Virus record (IMG/VR): IMGVR_UViG_3300043429_000130
Coordinates: 32,001 to 96,000 of that record
DNA: 64,000 nt
Origin: a virus
Reading direction: 5' to 3' (one strand)
This document shows, piece after piece, positions 40,681 to 50,239 of the stretch; the stretch's first letter is position 1, and every line of letters starts with the position of its first letter. A program made the translations under genes and the position numbers. The notes under the pieces were generated by a model. The model was not told the DNA's origin and did no database searches. It saw only the letters and a list, made by a program, of their open reading frames with translations.

Positions 40681-42300
40681 TTAGAATGATCCTCCAGTAA
40701 CTGGGTTTCTCATAACAATCTTCAACACCTTGGTTGGGTCTTTAACCCAGATAGCTGGCATTGTTTGTGTCATGAATACACGGTAACCGTTGAACTGTCC
40801 AGAAGACTGGAAGCCTTGAGTACGACCCATGTAGTCCATTGTACCGTTTTGGTAGAACCACTTCAATTGATTATCCCAAGATAACTTCAACAAGAAGATG
40901 TTGTCGTTAGTATTCTCAGTAATATCAAAGATAATGAAATTATAAGAAGATAGAGGGAAACCATCAATGATTGGGTTCTCAATATCATTAGTGTGGATGT
41001 TATCAAACGCTGGGTTCAATACAAACTTAACGTTAGCCAAGAACGGAATAACGTATTGAGTGTATGCAAAACCAAAGTTTAGATCCATACCTTTACCAGT
41101 GATAGCTCCTACTTCTGATGCATTGATTACCAAGCCAGAGTTAATAGCTTCACGCTTAATAGCCTCGTTAACAAGCTTCATACCACCAAGTCCAGTTTGT
41201 ACAACCAACTCACGCTTAGGATCTGGACCTTGGAACTCAACTTTACCATTAAAGAAGTTGAAGATCTCAGACTTAAACAAGTCTAGGTTGAATGAACCTT
41301 TGTTGTAAATACGCTTGTAAGAGTTATCAAGCTGCTTCCAAAGACCTACAGATAGACGGATATCATCTGGACCATCTTGCTTAACTTTACCACCTTGACC
41401 CCACATTAAGTAAGTTTCAATGTCGTTAGCAATCTTAGTCAAATGAGCTGCTTCCATAGAAGTTAAGAATGTACGAGTAAGCTGTCCTGATTCGTAAGCT
41501 TTCTTTACATAATCTTTACCCATTTTAGAAGCCATTGTCTCTAAAGAAGAAACAGAAGGATCAACATTCTTGTCAAAGTTTCTCCACATTTCAATAACTG
41601 GAACTGTACCGTCAGCTTTCATACCACCTTTCATCATTAAGTCAGCTCTAGAGCTTACAGAATAATGAACGTGAGCTTCAGCACCACCTACATAGTTGTA
41701 GAATTCACGGAATCCAGCGTTGATGTTACCAATGTCAGAGAATCTTTCACCGTACTCACCACGAGCAGAACCTTTACGGAACACCTTAGTACCAACTTTC
41801 AAGTACTTGTTATCCAAATACTTAGCATTGTCGTTGTTTACTAACTGTACAGTGTAGATGAAACCGTCACCAGCTGGGATAATATCGTCAGCAGTGATGT
41901 ACATTTCAACACCATTGTACTTGTCATAAGTGATGATATCACCATGACCAAAAGAACGCTTATTAATTTTAATCTTGAAGGTCTGACCATCAATACCTTT
42001 AGTGGCATTAGCTGATTCAATATCTTCTGTAATGTATGGAAGATCCTGCGTTACTGGAATCTGCCACTTGTACTCACCACGTGCGTTATCTACAGAGATA
42101 ACGTTCTTACCGCCAAAGCTAGACATCTGGTACAAAGGCATTTCTACTTTTTGTGCCATAGCCCATAAATCCACAGGACCTAAATCAGTAGGTTCTGCTG
42201 ACTTCAGCAAGTTTGAAAGGTGGTAGCTGTCTACGTGCGAGCTAGTCTGATAGCTGGTATCTCGTAGAAATATACCATTGTTCAAAACTGGAGTTGCCAT
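40681..42300 (-). CDS. Major capsid protein (crAss-like, HK97 fold inferred)
   Basis: 539 aa in the order terminase-portal-scaffold-MCP. EYKWQI, LMWGQGG...GLWKQL and VLNPAFD segments resemble crAss-like MCPs. Confidence 0.8.
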   Translation of the reverse strand: MATPVLNNGIFLRDTSYQTSSHVDSYHLSNLLKSAEPTDLGPVDLWAMAQKVEMPLYQMSSFGGKNVISVDNARGEYKWQIPVTQDLPYITEDIESANATKGIDGQTFKIKINKRSFGHGDIITYDKYNGVEMYITADDIIPAGDGFIYTVQLVNNDNAKYLDNKYLKVGTKVFRKGSARGEYGERFSDIGNINAGFREFYNYVGGAEAHVHYSVSSRADLMMKGGMKADGTVPVIEMWRNFDKNVDPSVSSLETMASKMGKDYVKKAYESGQLTRTFLTSMEAAHLTKIANDIETYLMWGQGGKVKQDGPDDIRLSVGLWKQLDNSYKRIYNKGSFNLDLFKSEIFNFFNGKVEFQGPDPKRELVVQTGLGGMKLVNEAIKREAINSGLVINASEVGAITGKGMDLNFGFAYTQYVIPFLANVKFVLNPAFDNIHTNDIENPIIDGFPLSSYNFIIFDITENTNDNIFLLKLSWDNQLKWFYQNGTMDYMGRTQGFQSSGQFNGYRVFMTQTMPAIWVKDPTKVLKIVMRNPVTGGSF

Positions 42301-42347
42301 AAGGCTTTTAAATTTAAAGGGTTAATAATAAAATAAGTTAATGTAAA

Positions 42348-43625
42348 TTAGCGTTTAAATATGTTTGTAGGTCTAGCAATTTTTCTAGATCTACTTTCAT
42401 CTTCTTCCTGATAAGTAGAAACATTCTTACGAGCTTGTTCAGTTTTTAACTGTCTCACTGTTTGTTCTACTGCTTGGTTCTTCCCTTGCTTTACAAGGTT
42501 CTGACGGTATTCTTCAGGATTAGATAGTAACCAGAGTGCTTCAGCAATCAGTGGATAATTTGGCTCTACAAACTGATACTTCTCTAAAAGATGACCTAAC
42601 TGGTTAGTTGGTCTTCCACTAATAGAAGGATAGTTTGGTTGAACTAGTCCACTATATAACTGAGCTTGAGTCTTTTTATCCAACTTAAGTCCGTTGATCT
42701 CTGCTGGTCTAAGGGCTTCAAATACATTTTTCATGTAAGCATCTGCCGCTTGTTCCTGTTGCATCTTTCTACTTTCTTGTTCAGCAAGTTGAGCTTGTAC
42801 ATACTCTTCTTGCATCTGATCCAACTTAGGCTTGAACTGCTTGGCTTTTTTCTCTAGTACTCCTAGATCTTTCCAAGTAGTAAGTTCTTCTTCAATCTCC
42901 TCTTCTGAACCAAAACCGGTAGCTTGTAAATAACTTTTTACAATACCTTCTTGGTCATACTCATTAGTAGGATCAAGTTGACGAACTTGTTCAACTTGAG
43001 CTAGAGCTTGGAAAAGACCTTTTAAGTCTTGTCCTCCATCTGCTACGTACTTAGCTGCATATTGCAACTCTTCTGGTAATGATTCAAAGAACTCTTGAGG
43101 AGTCTTAGCAGCAACTTCTTGTTTTAAGTTATCAATGTTGGCTTGCCATAGCTCCTCAACATCTTTCTCTCCAAGACTACCTAAGTAATCTTCTAAAGAC
43201 TGCTTGTTCTCATCATAGTCATCAAAGGCAAACATTTCCTTTGACTCAATACGTTTTTTAAGAAACTCAACTAAGCCAGACTTTTCTGTCTTAGGTCTTC
43301 CACCTTTAGATTTACCAGATTGATCATCATCATCATTATCTTGGTTATCATCCACAAGGTTATCAATAAAGTCTTTAGCTGCTGCTGGATCAATCTTCTT
43401 ATCATCAGCTGGATCTTTATCATCCGTATCATCACTATCATCTTCATCATCTAAAAAGCTTGTGTCAAACTTTCCTTGACTAAAGATGTTTGGTTTTTGA
43501 TCTTTCTTATCATCAGTTCCTGTAGGAGTTACAATGCTATCTGCACCTGGTGCTCCTAACCAACTATCAATATCAAGATCTACTTGTTGTACAGAAGTCT
43601 GCACACTGGTTTGATTATCAGTCAT
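42348..43625 (-). CDS. Scaffold-like acidic protein
   Basis: Very acidic N-terminus and coiled-coil region; lies between portal and MCP. Confidence 0.6.
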   Translation of the reverse strand: MTDNQTSVQTSVQQVDLDIDSWLGAPGADSIVTPTGTDDKKDQKPNIFSQGKFDTSFLDDEDDSDDTDDKDPADDKKIDPAAAKDFIDNLVDDNQDNDDDDQSGKSKGGRPKTEKSGLVEFLKKRIESKEMFAFDDYDENKQSLEDYLGSLGEKDVEELWQANIDNLKQEVAAKTPQEFFESLPEELQYAAKYVADGGQDLKGLFQALAQVEQVRQLDPTNEYDQEGIVKSYLQATGFGSEEEIEEELTTWKDLGVLEKKAKQFKPKLDQMQEEYVQAQLAEQESRKMQQEQAADAYMKNVFEALRPAEINGLKLDKKTQAQLYSGLVQPNYPSISGRPTNQLGHLLEKYQFVEPNYPLIAEALWLLSNPEEYRQNLVKQGKNQAVEQTVRQLKTEQARKNVSTYQEEDESRSRKIARPTNIFKR

Positions 43626-43649
43626 TTTTTGTTTGGTTTTATGTGTATC

Positions 43650-43667
43650 TCTACATAATTAATATAC
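43650..43667 (-). promoter_or_regulatory. Putative phage late promoter motif GTATATTAATTATGTAGA
   Basis: Copy of the repeated motif upstream of the scaffold/MCP operon. Confidence 0.55.
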
Positions 43668-43717
43668 AACTTAAATCTTAAAAATTTACTTTTACCGTAA
43701 AAATATCATCTAAGGTG

Positions 43718-43735
43718 CGGATAATAGAGCTATAA
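43718..43735 (-). repeat. 18-bp dispersed motif TTATAGCTCTATTATCCG (copy 1)
   Basis: Identical to 62908-62925 in the opposite absolute orientation; variant at 54913-54930. Confidence 0.8.
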
Positions 43736-46489
43736 TTATTTCTTCTTTTTTCCAGCAGATCCACCTACATCATACTTGTTCTTATTTTCCCTAGCAATCT
43801 GTAGTTGTTTATCCGCTATTTCTTTCTGAGTCTGTATTTTTTCACGTTCAATCTGAAGTTTCTGACCACCTTGTTCTTTTCTTGTTAGCTCAGACTCACG
43901 CTTCAAGTTTATTTGATCTTGATAACGTTGTTCACTTCTAATACCTTCTAATGCATCTTGGTAGTCAGACATCTGATTTTGGTTAATATCTACACCTGCA
44001 CCATATCCAGCTGCTCTAATTTCAGCTACAGTAAGCTGAGTTTGTCTATCTAGATCAGCTTGCTCAGCTCTAAACTGAAGATCCATTTGTTTCTGACGTT
44101 CTTGAGACTCAATCATCTGCTGCTGCATTTCTTGTTGCTGCTGCATTTCTGACTGCTTAGCTTCTTGAGTTTTCTTTTCAGCATCTTTAAGAACACCTGT
44201 TAACTCTGCAATAGACTCAGACTTAATAACATTACCAAGGTCATAAATAGATGCACCAGTAGTATTATTACTTAGAGCAAGTTGTTTAAGCTGCTCCATA
44301 ACAGAACGAGAGTTGGTCTTTGTAGTACAGAAAATATTTAGATCTCTCATTAACAACTCGGTACCGTTCATCTCAAAATTAACCTTTTCATCTTTACCTG
44401 TGATATACTGAAGACGTACACTTGGTTTTTTAGAATGATAGTATTGAGCCAAGTCTGTACGCATTTGGTGTACACGTGGCATCAAGTTATCAGAATGCTG
44501 AATAAAATACTGCTCTGTTTGGGCATAAGAAGCATTCATAGCTTGTTCTATACCAGTAGCAGTTTGTTGTTGAGCAATCTGCTGACCCATCCGTTGTGGA
44601 TTAAGACCAATAGTTTCAAAAGCTTGATTCTTAAAGTAACTAGCTAAGTTAACACGAGAAAGCAAACGGTTAGTTTGTTCTAAGTTTAACACTTGATAAT
44701 GCTGGAAGTTAAGAGCATTCTCTGTATTAGTAATAGAAGTATCCAATGGTAACATCTGGAAGTTCTTCATAGCCACATAGGCTTTGGCCAGATTATTTTT
44801 ACCCCAGTCTTCTCCCATAGAGTGACGTGGTAAAGAGTTCTGGTCCAGCATAATAACCGTACCTAGCTCATCCACAAGGATGTCAGCTATTTGGTTATTT
44901 ACAATGTTGTAACCTATCTGGTATGGCTTCATAAGATCTACCAATGAAATACTGCGGGTGTTTCTATCACCAAATACAGAACCTTCCACTGGAAGCTTAC
45001 ATCCATAAAGAGTTGCGTCTCCTTTAAACTGGAATGGAATACGTCCTGGTTTACCACCATTAAGACCTAAGTAAATAGGATTAATGCCTCCAGGGTTATT
45101 CATTCCCCAGAATGCAGGTCTATTAGGGCCAATCTTAATACCACCCCAGGTTTCGTTAATCCAGATCCAGTCAATATGTTCACCAAAGATTAAATTATCT
45201 TTAGACTTTTGTTTGTATATAGAAGTGTTGTATAAAGGCTTATCAGTGATCTTGTAGTTTTCACCAATAATATCTTGAATAACTTCTCCTTCTTCAGTAA
45301 TCTTAGTCAAGTGACCAATCTTACGTTGAGACTTCCAATAGATCTGAGATACACGTAGTAAGTGTGACTTACCAAAATCTACAGTATCTTCTGAGTCAGC
45401 TAAAATCCACTCTACAATATCTCCTGTACCAAACTTAGTATCGTATAGAGAAGCATATTGTCTGTACCCCAATGATGGCATTTCTGTATTCCAATCATGG
45501 GATTTAGTAGGATCATAGTAAGTACCATCATTTTGGTATCCTTGTACAGCATATCCGGCTGAACGTACAGGATAGATGGCTTCTAAAGACTCTAATTGAT
45601 CTTGAGTCATCATCCAACCATACTTGTCAATAACGTCTGATACAGACATCATATCCATCTTACCTACCCAGTTACCCTGAGAAATGTAACGTACGTCTGG
45701 AGATTTATGGTAGAATGTAAGCAATGGATTCCATAGCTCTACATCATAATCATCTTCATTCATTTTAAAATGCCAAAACTCACGGTCAGTAATAAGCATG
45801 TCTCTAAAACCACGCTCTTCTAACTCTTGCATTTTAAATCTTTCTTCATCTACTGACATCTGGTGGCTAGCCCACTCTTCAATCATAGATCTATAATCTT
45901 TACGGAAAAATCCTTCAATCTCTGGAAGTTGTTGTAGATTTTCTGGGGCTAGAGCTTTCTGCATTTCTTCAGATTCTAGCTCAATACCCATGTTCATCAT
46001 CTCAATCATCATCTTCCTCTCAGCATCCTCTAATAAGACTTTCTCTATCATAGAACGCTTTTCTTCCATCATTTCATTATATGAAATGTCATCAACGGCT
46101 TTAAACATAATGCGTGAGCTTCTTTTAGAAAACTCATTACACAATACGTTAATTACGTTAGGAATAATAGGATAGAACTTAAGCTCTAATGCAGACTCAT
46201 CTTCTTTTGTTAGAGTGTCAATAAGATCTGCCATCTCATTATCTTCTTCTACAATGTAGTCAGCCTTATCAATAATACCCTTAGCTAGCTTGTAGTTCTT
46301 CATGAGTCTACGAGCATTACGTCTAAGTTGTTTCATACCTTGGAACTCTAGCCAATCTAGATTCCATGCTCTCCATTCCTCGTCCTTTTCCTTTTCAGGT
46401 AAAAACTGGATAGGTTGCGTAAGCGTACCCATCTTATTATAGTCAGCCTTTTTACCAGATTTAAGATCTAGAGCATTGTATATCTGCAT
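43736..46489 (-). CDS. Portal protein
   Basis: 917 aa. YPIIPNVINVLCNEF, SLVDLMKPYQ..YN and a Gln-rich coiled-coil C-terminus; follows the terminase. Confidence 0.8.
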   Translation of the reverse strand: MQIYNALDLKSGKKADYNKMGTLTQPIQFLPEKEKDEEWRAWNLDWLEFQGMKQLRRNARRLMKNYKLAKGIIDKADYIVEEDNEMADLIDTLTKEDESALELKFYPIIPNVINVLCNEFSKRSSRIMFKAVDDISYNEMMEEKRSMIEKVLLEDAERKMMIEMMNMGIELESEEMQKALAPENLQQLPEIEGFFRKDYRSMIEEWASHQMSVDEERFKMQELEERGFRDMLITDREFWHFKMNEDDYDVELWNPLLTFYHKSPDVRYISQGNWVGKMDMMSVSDVIDKYGWMMTQDQLESLEAIYPVRSAGYAVQGYQNDGTYYDPTKSHDWNTEMPSLGYRQYASLYDTKFGTGDIVEWILADSEDTVDFGKSHLLRVSQIYWKSQRKIGHLTKITEEGEVIQDIIGENYKITDKPLYNTSIYKQKSKDNLIFGEHIDWIWINETWGGIKIGPNRPAFWGMNNPGGINPIYLGLNGGKPGRIPFQFKGDATLYGCKLPVEGSVFGDRNTRSISLVDLMKPYQIGYNIVNNQIADILVDELGTVIMLDQNSLPRHSMGEDWGKNNLAKAYVAMKNFQMLPLDTSITNTENALNFQHYQVLNLEQTNRLLSRVNLASYFKNQAFETIGLNPQRMGQQIAQQQTATGIEQAMNASYAQTEQYFIQHSDNLMPRVHQMRTDLAQYYHSKKPSVRLQYITGKDEKVNFEMNGTELLMRDLNIFCTTKTNSRSVMEQLKQLALSNNTTGASIYDLGNVIKSESIAELTGVLKDAEKKTQEAKQSEMQQQQEMQQQMIESQERQKQMDLQFRAEQADLDRQTQLTVAEIRAAGYGAGVDINQNQMSDYQDALEGIRSEQRYQDQINLKRESELTRKEQGGQKLQIEREKIQTQKEIADKQLQIARENKNKYDVGGSAGKKKK

Positions 46490-46494
46490 GATAT

Positions 46495-46788
46495 TTAATT
46501 ATTTAAGTCTGCTGAACTATCAGCAATTGTATTAGTAAACGTTACATTAGATCCTGTTAAAGGCATAGTGGTACCACTTAAATATGTTGGATAAGTAACT
46601 GTGTATGGAGTAGTTCTCCAAGTACTTGTACCAGTTTGAGGAACATACTTGGGTTCTTGTACAACATCCTCTTCTATAGCGTCTTCTTCTTTTAAAAGAA
46701 GTAAAGCTTCCTCAAGTGTGAGAGAGCTTTCCTTGATCAATCTAGAAAGAATAGTTACCTTTTGAGCATGAAGTTCTTGATTTTCCAT
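46495..46788 (-). CDS. Hypothetical protein (97 aa)
   Basis: Fills the gap between terminase and portal with tight spacing. Confidence 0.55.
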   Translation of the reverse strand: MENQELHAQKVTILSRLIKESSLTLEEALLLLKEEDAIEEDVVQEPKYVPQTGTSTWRTTPYTVTYPTYLSGTTMPLTGSNVTFTNTIADSSADLNN

Positions 46789-46790
46789 AT

Positions 46791-48983
46791 CTATTTCATA
46801 TTTTTAAAGGGGTTACGGTGTCCTTTAGAACCGAGTGTACTACCTTTAGAGCCACCGATATGTCTAAAGGGGCTCCAATTTAATTTACTAAATTTCTGGG
46901 AGTTATCCAAGTTTTCTTTTGTAACTTCTACACGTTTAGTCAGTCCTCTGTTACTTTGTTGGACCTTTGCAAAGGCTATAAGGGCACAAAATGCTACTAA
47001 CCTATCCACGTTTAGTCCATCTCTGTAAGCTTGCATTTCACGTAGAAGCATAATATCTGGTATACGTTCTGCTCCGTATATTGTTTTTACAATGTCTCCG
47101 TTCTCTTTAGTCTCATGATCAAGCTCTTCTTTTAAGAATTCAATCCCATAAGACAACACTGTACCCTTGAATAGTGTACCCACGTTCTTCCATCCATATT
47201 CTTGGAATACGTTACGGTTGGCACCAATGTCTTTTAAGAACAAGATCATATCTTTTGGTACAAGATATCTCTGCTTTTTCTTGCTTATCATATACTGAAT
47301 GAATAAAGCTACGTTATTTTCTACAACGGTCCAAGCATTATACCATTCTATAAGAAGCTCTAGACGTTCATGGGTTTTGTTAAGATCATCAAAACGTCCA
47401 CACCATGATGCTACAATCATGTCACGTTCTATCTCGTTTTTAACCCTACCGTTACCGTCATCTTTAATAACCTCCACTGGATTCTTATATACGTATATAG
47501 AACATAGTGATTCAGATGTAGTGGTCTTTCCTTCTCCAACAGGGTCCACAGAAGCATAGTACATCCCAAATGGTGGATCTTTATGAGGTCTTTCGTAGAT
47601 ACAGATCACTCCCTCTTTGTCTTCAGTCTTTTTAGATATAGGAAACTCCATGATAGGAATCTTTCTAGATGGTTTGTCTACTATCTTACCCTCAGCATTT
47701 CTAGAAAGCTCTAAGTATTCTACAGAATATTCTTTATCCTGAATACGTTGCATCTGTTTAGCAACCAAGTGTGGAGGGAACACACTCACTTTACGGGTAG
47801 CAAAAGCTTCTTCAATACAACGTGGTTGCTGAGATACAGTAAGTTGATAAGCTGCCGGGTCTAAATCCCTTTTCATCTTCTCAAATTCTTTCTCTAGAGC
47901 CTCTAAAGCTTCCTCCACCTTAGAGTTGCCCCACTGATCAATATAAGGGGGCATAGACCACTGTTCTGGAATAAATAGACCAGTTATACCAATTGTTCCG
48001 TCCTTGTCTACAAGGCTACTTTCTACCCCATAGAAGCCATTCTCTTCTGGGTGTAGGATATATTCCTTCATTGGCTCACACTGATCTAGATCACCGACTG
48101 ATCCAGCTGCAATAAACTGACCAGTGATCATGTGACCAGACTTAAGTGCTGGCTTCATAAATCCATACGTGTCATCCATCTTAGGTGCGATACCTGCTTC
48201 CTCATGAAAGAAGTATGTTACAGGTCCACCGACACCATGTGTAGGGTCTTTTTCAAAGGAGTATAGGTTGATCGTGGATTTCAAACCTTTATACGTGTCA
48301 CGACCACCTATCCTCACCTTAATCTGTTGCTGCCATGCCCCAACCTTGTCAGGCTCAGCTGGACGATACCAGGCTGTGTGTTCATTTAAGAAGTTCTTAT
48401 ATTCATTAAGAAACTTCCATGAGCCTTTCTCGTTTATATAATCTTTTAAAGAAGCCCCTATCTTTAATACAGCTCCTTCTTCAAACCAATATTGGTTGAT
48501 AAGCTTAGCCATATGGAAATAAGAAGAGGCTATCTGACGCTTCTTTAGAATAATAGCGTGTTTCCAGTGTAGTTCAGCTAAATGCTCATATAGAGCCATG
48601 TGATATTGTGCATCCCTCACCTTAGCAAAGTCAAACCTTTTCTCTTCTTTGTCATAAATAGGTAAGAAGTTCAACCACATATAGTAGTCTCTGCTTATAT
48701 ACCACTTTTCATCACCGTCTTTTACAATGATTCCATTACGGCATTTTGCTTTTTGGTCATTCCAGTAGGCAATAAAGTCTTTTGTCTTTACAGGAGCTGC
48801 ACAATAATATCCTTGTTTTTGAAACTTACGACCTTCTTCATTAAAGATCTTACTAGTTTCATTAAAGTTATACTTACCAGGCTCTTTAAAAATAAACAAC
48901 AAGAAGTCTCTAAACTCTTCTCTTGTATAGAAGGTGGTTACGTCCCATTGACCATTCTCGTATGTAGGTATTTCTCTAAACAT
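46791..48983 (-). CDS. terL: Terminase large subunit
   Basis: Walker A-like LKKRQIASS, Walker B FFHEEAG, nuclease YASVDP and C-terminal NVDRL. Confidence 0.9.
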   Translation of the reverse strand: MFREIPTYENGQWDVTTFYTREEFRDFLLFIFKEPGKYNFNETSKIFNEEGRKFQKQGYYCAAPVKTKDFIAYWNDQKAKCRNGIIVKDGDEKWYISRDYYMWLNFLPIYDKEEKRFDFAKVRDAQYHMALYEHLAELHWKHAIILKKRQIASSYFHMAKLINQYWFEEGAVLKIGASLKDYINEKGSWKFLNEYKNFLNEHTAWYRPAEPDKVGAWQQQIKVRIGGRDTYKGLKSTINLYSFEKDPTHGVGGPVTYFFHEEAGIAPKMDDTYGFMKPALKSGHMITGQFIAAGSVGDLDQCEPMKEYILHPEENGFYGVESSLVDKDGTIGITGLFIPEQWSMPPYIDQWGNSKVEEALEALEKEFEKMKRDLDPAAYQLTVSQQPRCIEEAFATRKVSVFPPHLVAKQMQRIQDKEYSVEYLELSRNAEGKIVDKPSRKIPIMEFPISKKTEDKEGVICIYERPHKDPPFGMYYASVDPVGEGKTTTSESLCSIYVYKNPVEVIKDDGNGRVKNEIERDMIVASWCGRFDDLNKTHERLELLIEWYNAWTVVENNVALFIQYMISKKKQRYLVPKDMILFLKDIGANRNVFQEYGWKNVGTLFKGTVLSYGIEFLKEELDHETKENGDIVKTIYGAERIPDIMLLREMQAYRDGLNVDRLVAFCALIAFAKVQQSNRGLTKRVEVTKENLDNSQKFSKLNWSPFRHIGGSKGSTLGSKGHRNPFKNMK

Positions 48984-49273
48984 TATTTGTTACCATCTAC
49001 ACTGGTTATCTTATTAATATGCTCAAGATTACCTTTACCTCTATGTAGTAAATACAACAGTGTATTTATGTCTTTACTACGCAGAATACCTTTCATTTCA
49101 TAGTTACTCCAGTAACCAGTGTACAAATGTCTAGGAATAGCATTCCATAAACTAGTGTAAGGGTTAAAATGAAAAACCCAGTCTTGCATAAACTCATACT
49201 TCACATCTGATTGTTCCTCCACTGGAGAAAACTCCTTGATGTTTTCATAATCTGTGTAAACTTCTTGTTTCAT
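48983..49273 (-). CDS. Hypothetical protein (96 aa)
   Basis: ATG at 49273 (MKQEVYTDY...) has an A-rich leader. The longer track ORF runs through the RNA elements. Confidence 0.6.
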   Translation of the reverse strand: MKQEVYTDYENIKEFSPVEEQSDVKYEFMQDWVFHFNPYTSLWNAIPRHLYTGYWSNYEMKGILRSKDINTLLYLLHRGKGNLEHINKITSVDGNK

Positions 49274-49297
49274 AATATTTTTATTTAATAATTTAGG

Positions 49298-49400
49298 AAA
49301 GCAGAAGATGGGTGCGTGGACATCTGCTTTTACAACTGGCATTTCTAACCGATCACGTACGGCCCTTTCTACAGTTAAAAGTACGTTATTCCAGTCAACC
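49298..49400 (-). ncRNA. Pseudoknotted structured RNA directly downstream of the tRNA-like gene
   Basis: Helices GACTGG/CCAGTT and ACGTAC/GTACGT, a crossing helix TTTTAACTG/CGGTTAGAA, then an AAAGCAGA/TCTGCTTT hairpin. Confidence 0.5.
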
Positions 49401-49405
49401 TTTTG

Positions 49406-49575
49406 CTGTAGAGGGTGGACTCGAACCACCAAGGTGAGATTCAATTGATAACACAACGCTTGCAAGCTGGTGGTCTACCCCATATTATCAATCTATTTCT
49501 GCATCACCGCCCACGAGACAGGTGGGTACGTTTGCCAAGGCCATAACTGAGACAGCCAAATTTCGTCACTCTACA
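49406..49575 (-). tRNA. Atypical 170-nt tRNA-like RNA, anticodon GUC (Asp), with D-loop insert and giant variable arm
   Basis: Acceptor TGTAGAG/CTCTACA plus G73, T-arm GGTGG-TTCGAGT-CCACC, anticodon arm CCCAC-CTGTCTC-GTGGG. No encoded CCA. Confidence 0.7.
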
Positions 49576-49581
49576 ATTTTA

Positions 49582-50232
49582 CTACTTGTTATACTCATAT
49601 TCTAGTATCTTACCAACAATATCACTACGATGGTTTTCTTTTAGTTTGATCCACTTAATCTCACTAATCTTTTTAGATAGTTCAATAGCATAAGTCAAAC
49701 CTGTAACACTATGTTTAGTGTCTTGTTGTTCATTATCACCGTTAATAATAATCTTACCTGTTTTACCAAGTCTAGTTAGAATAGCCAGCATCTCAGTTTT
49801 AGTGAGGTTTTGTGCTTCTTCTACAACTAAGATATCATCTATAGTTTTACCACGGATAAACTGTACAGGATAAGCAATGATCTTCTCATCTTTTACCATA
49901 GACTGAATCTTCACTTTGTCTGCACACTTTACTAGATTCTCCTGAAAAGCTTCTAGATAAGGATTAAACTTCTCATCTAGAGATCCTGGGAGGAATCCTA
50001 AAGAGCTACCTACCTCTATAGTGGCACGTGTTACAAATATTTGGTCACACTGCTTCTTATTTAGGAAATCTAGTGCACTTAATGCACATACTAAAGATTT
50101 ACCACTACCAGCTCTACCTGTAACTATTACAATCTGGTTTTCAATAATTAAACGTCTAGCTTCTCTCTGTTCATCATTAAGAGTTACATGATATTTAATT
50201 TCTTGTTTACGTTCTCTGTTTGGCTCTCTCAT
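49582..50232 (-). CDS. phoH: PhoH-like ATPase
   Basis: GRAGSGKS Walker A, LGFLPG, RGKT, VEEAQN, LTRLG, GD..QQD and HRS motifs. Start is probably the ATG at 50232. Confidence 0.9.
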   Translation of the reverse strand: MREPNRERKQEIKYHVTLNDEQREARRLIIENQIVIVTGRAGSGKSLVCALSALDFLNKKQCDQIFVTRATIEVGSSLGFLPGSLDEKFNPYLEAFQENLVKCADKVKIQSMVKDEKIIAYPVQFIRGKTIDDILVVEEAQNLTKTEMLAILTRLGKTGKIIINGDNEQQDTKHSVTGLTYAIELSKKISEIKWIKLKENHRSDIVGKILEYEYNK

Positions 50233-50239
50233 GTTTTTA

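Noticed and set aside
40681-48983. Introns or inteins in terminase, portal or capsid genes
   Set aside because: The ORFs are uninterrupted, of expected size and show no intein terminal motifs.
144-49103. Numerous plus-strand ORFs in the track within the late region (e.g. 144..461, 7843..8253, 22241..22681, 34393..34758)
   Set aside because: They lie antisense to long, coherent minus-strand genes and read as shadow frames.
49298-49400. Theta (HDV-like) ribozyme call for the tRNA trailer
   Set aside because: No P3 hairpin, P1.1 or J4/2 arrangement could be fitted; kept as an unclassified pseudoknot.
49274-49465. N-terminal extension of track ORF 48983..49465
   Set aside because: It runs through the tRNA-like and pseudoknot elements; the ATG at 49273 has a typical A-rich leader.
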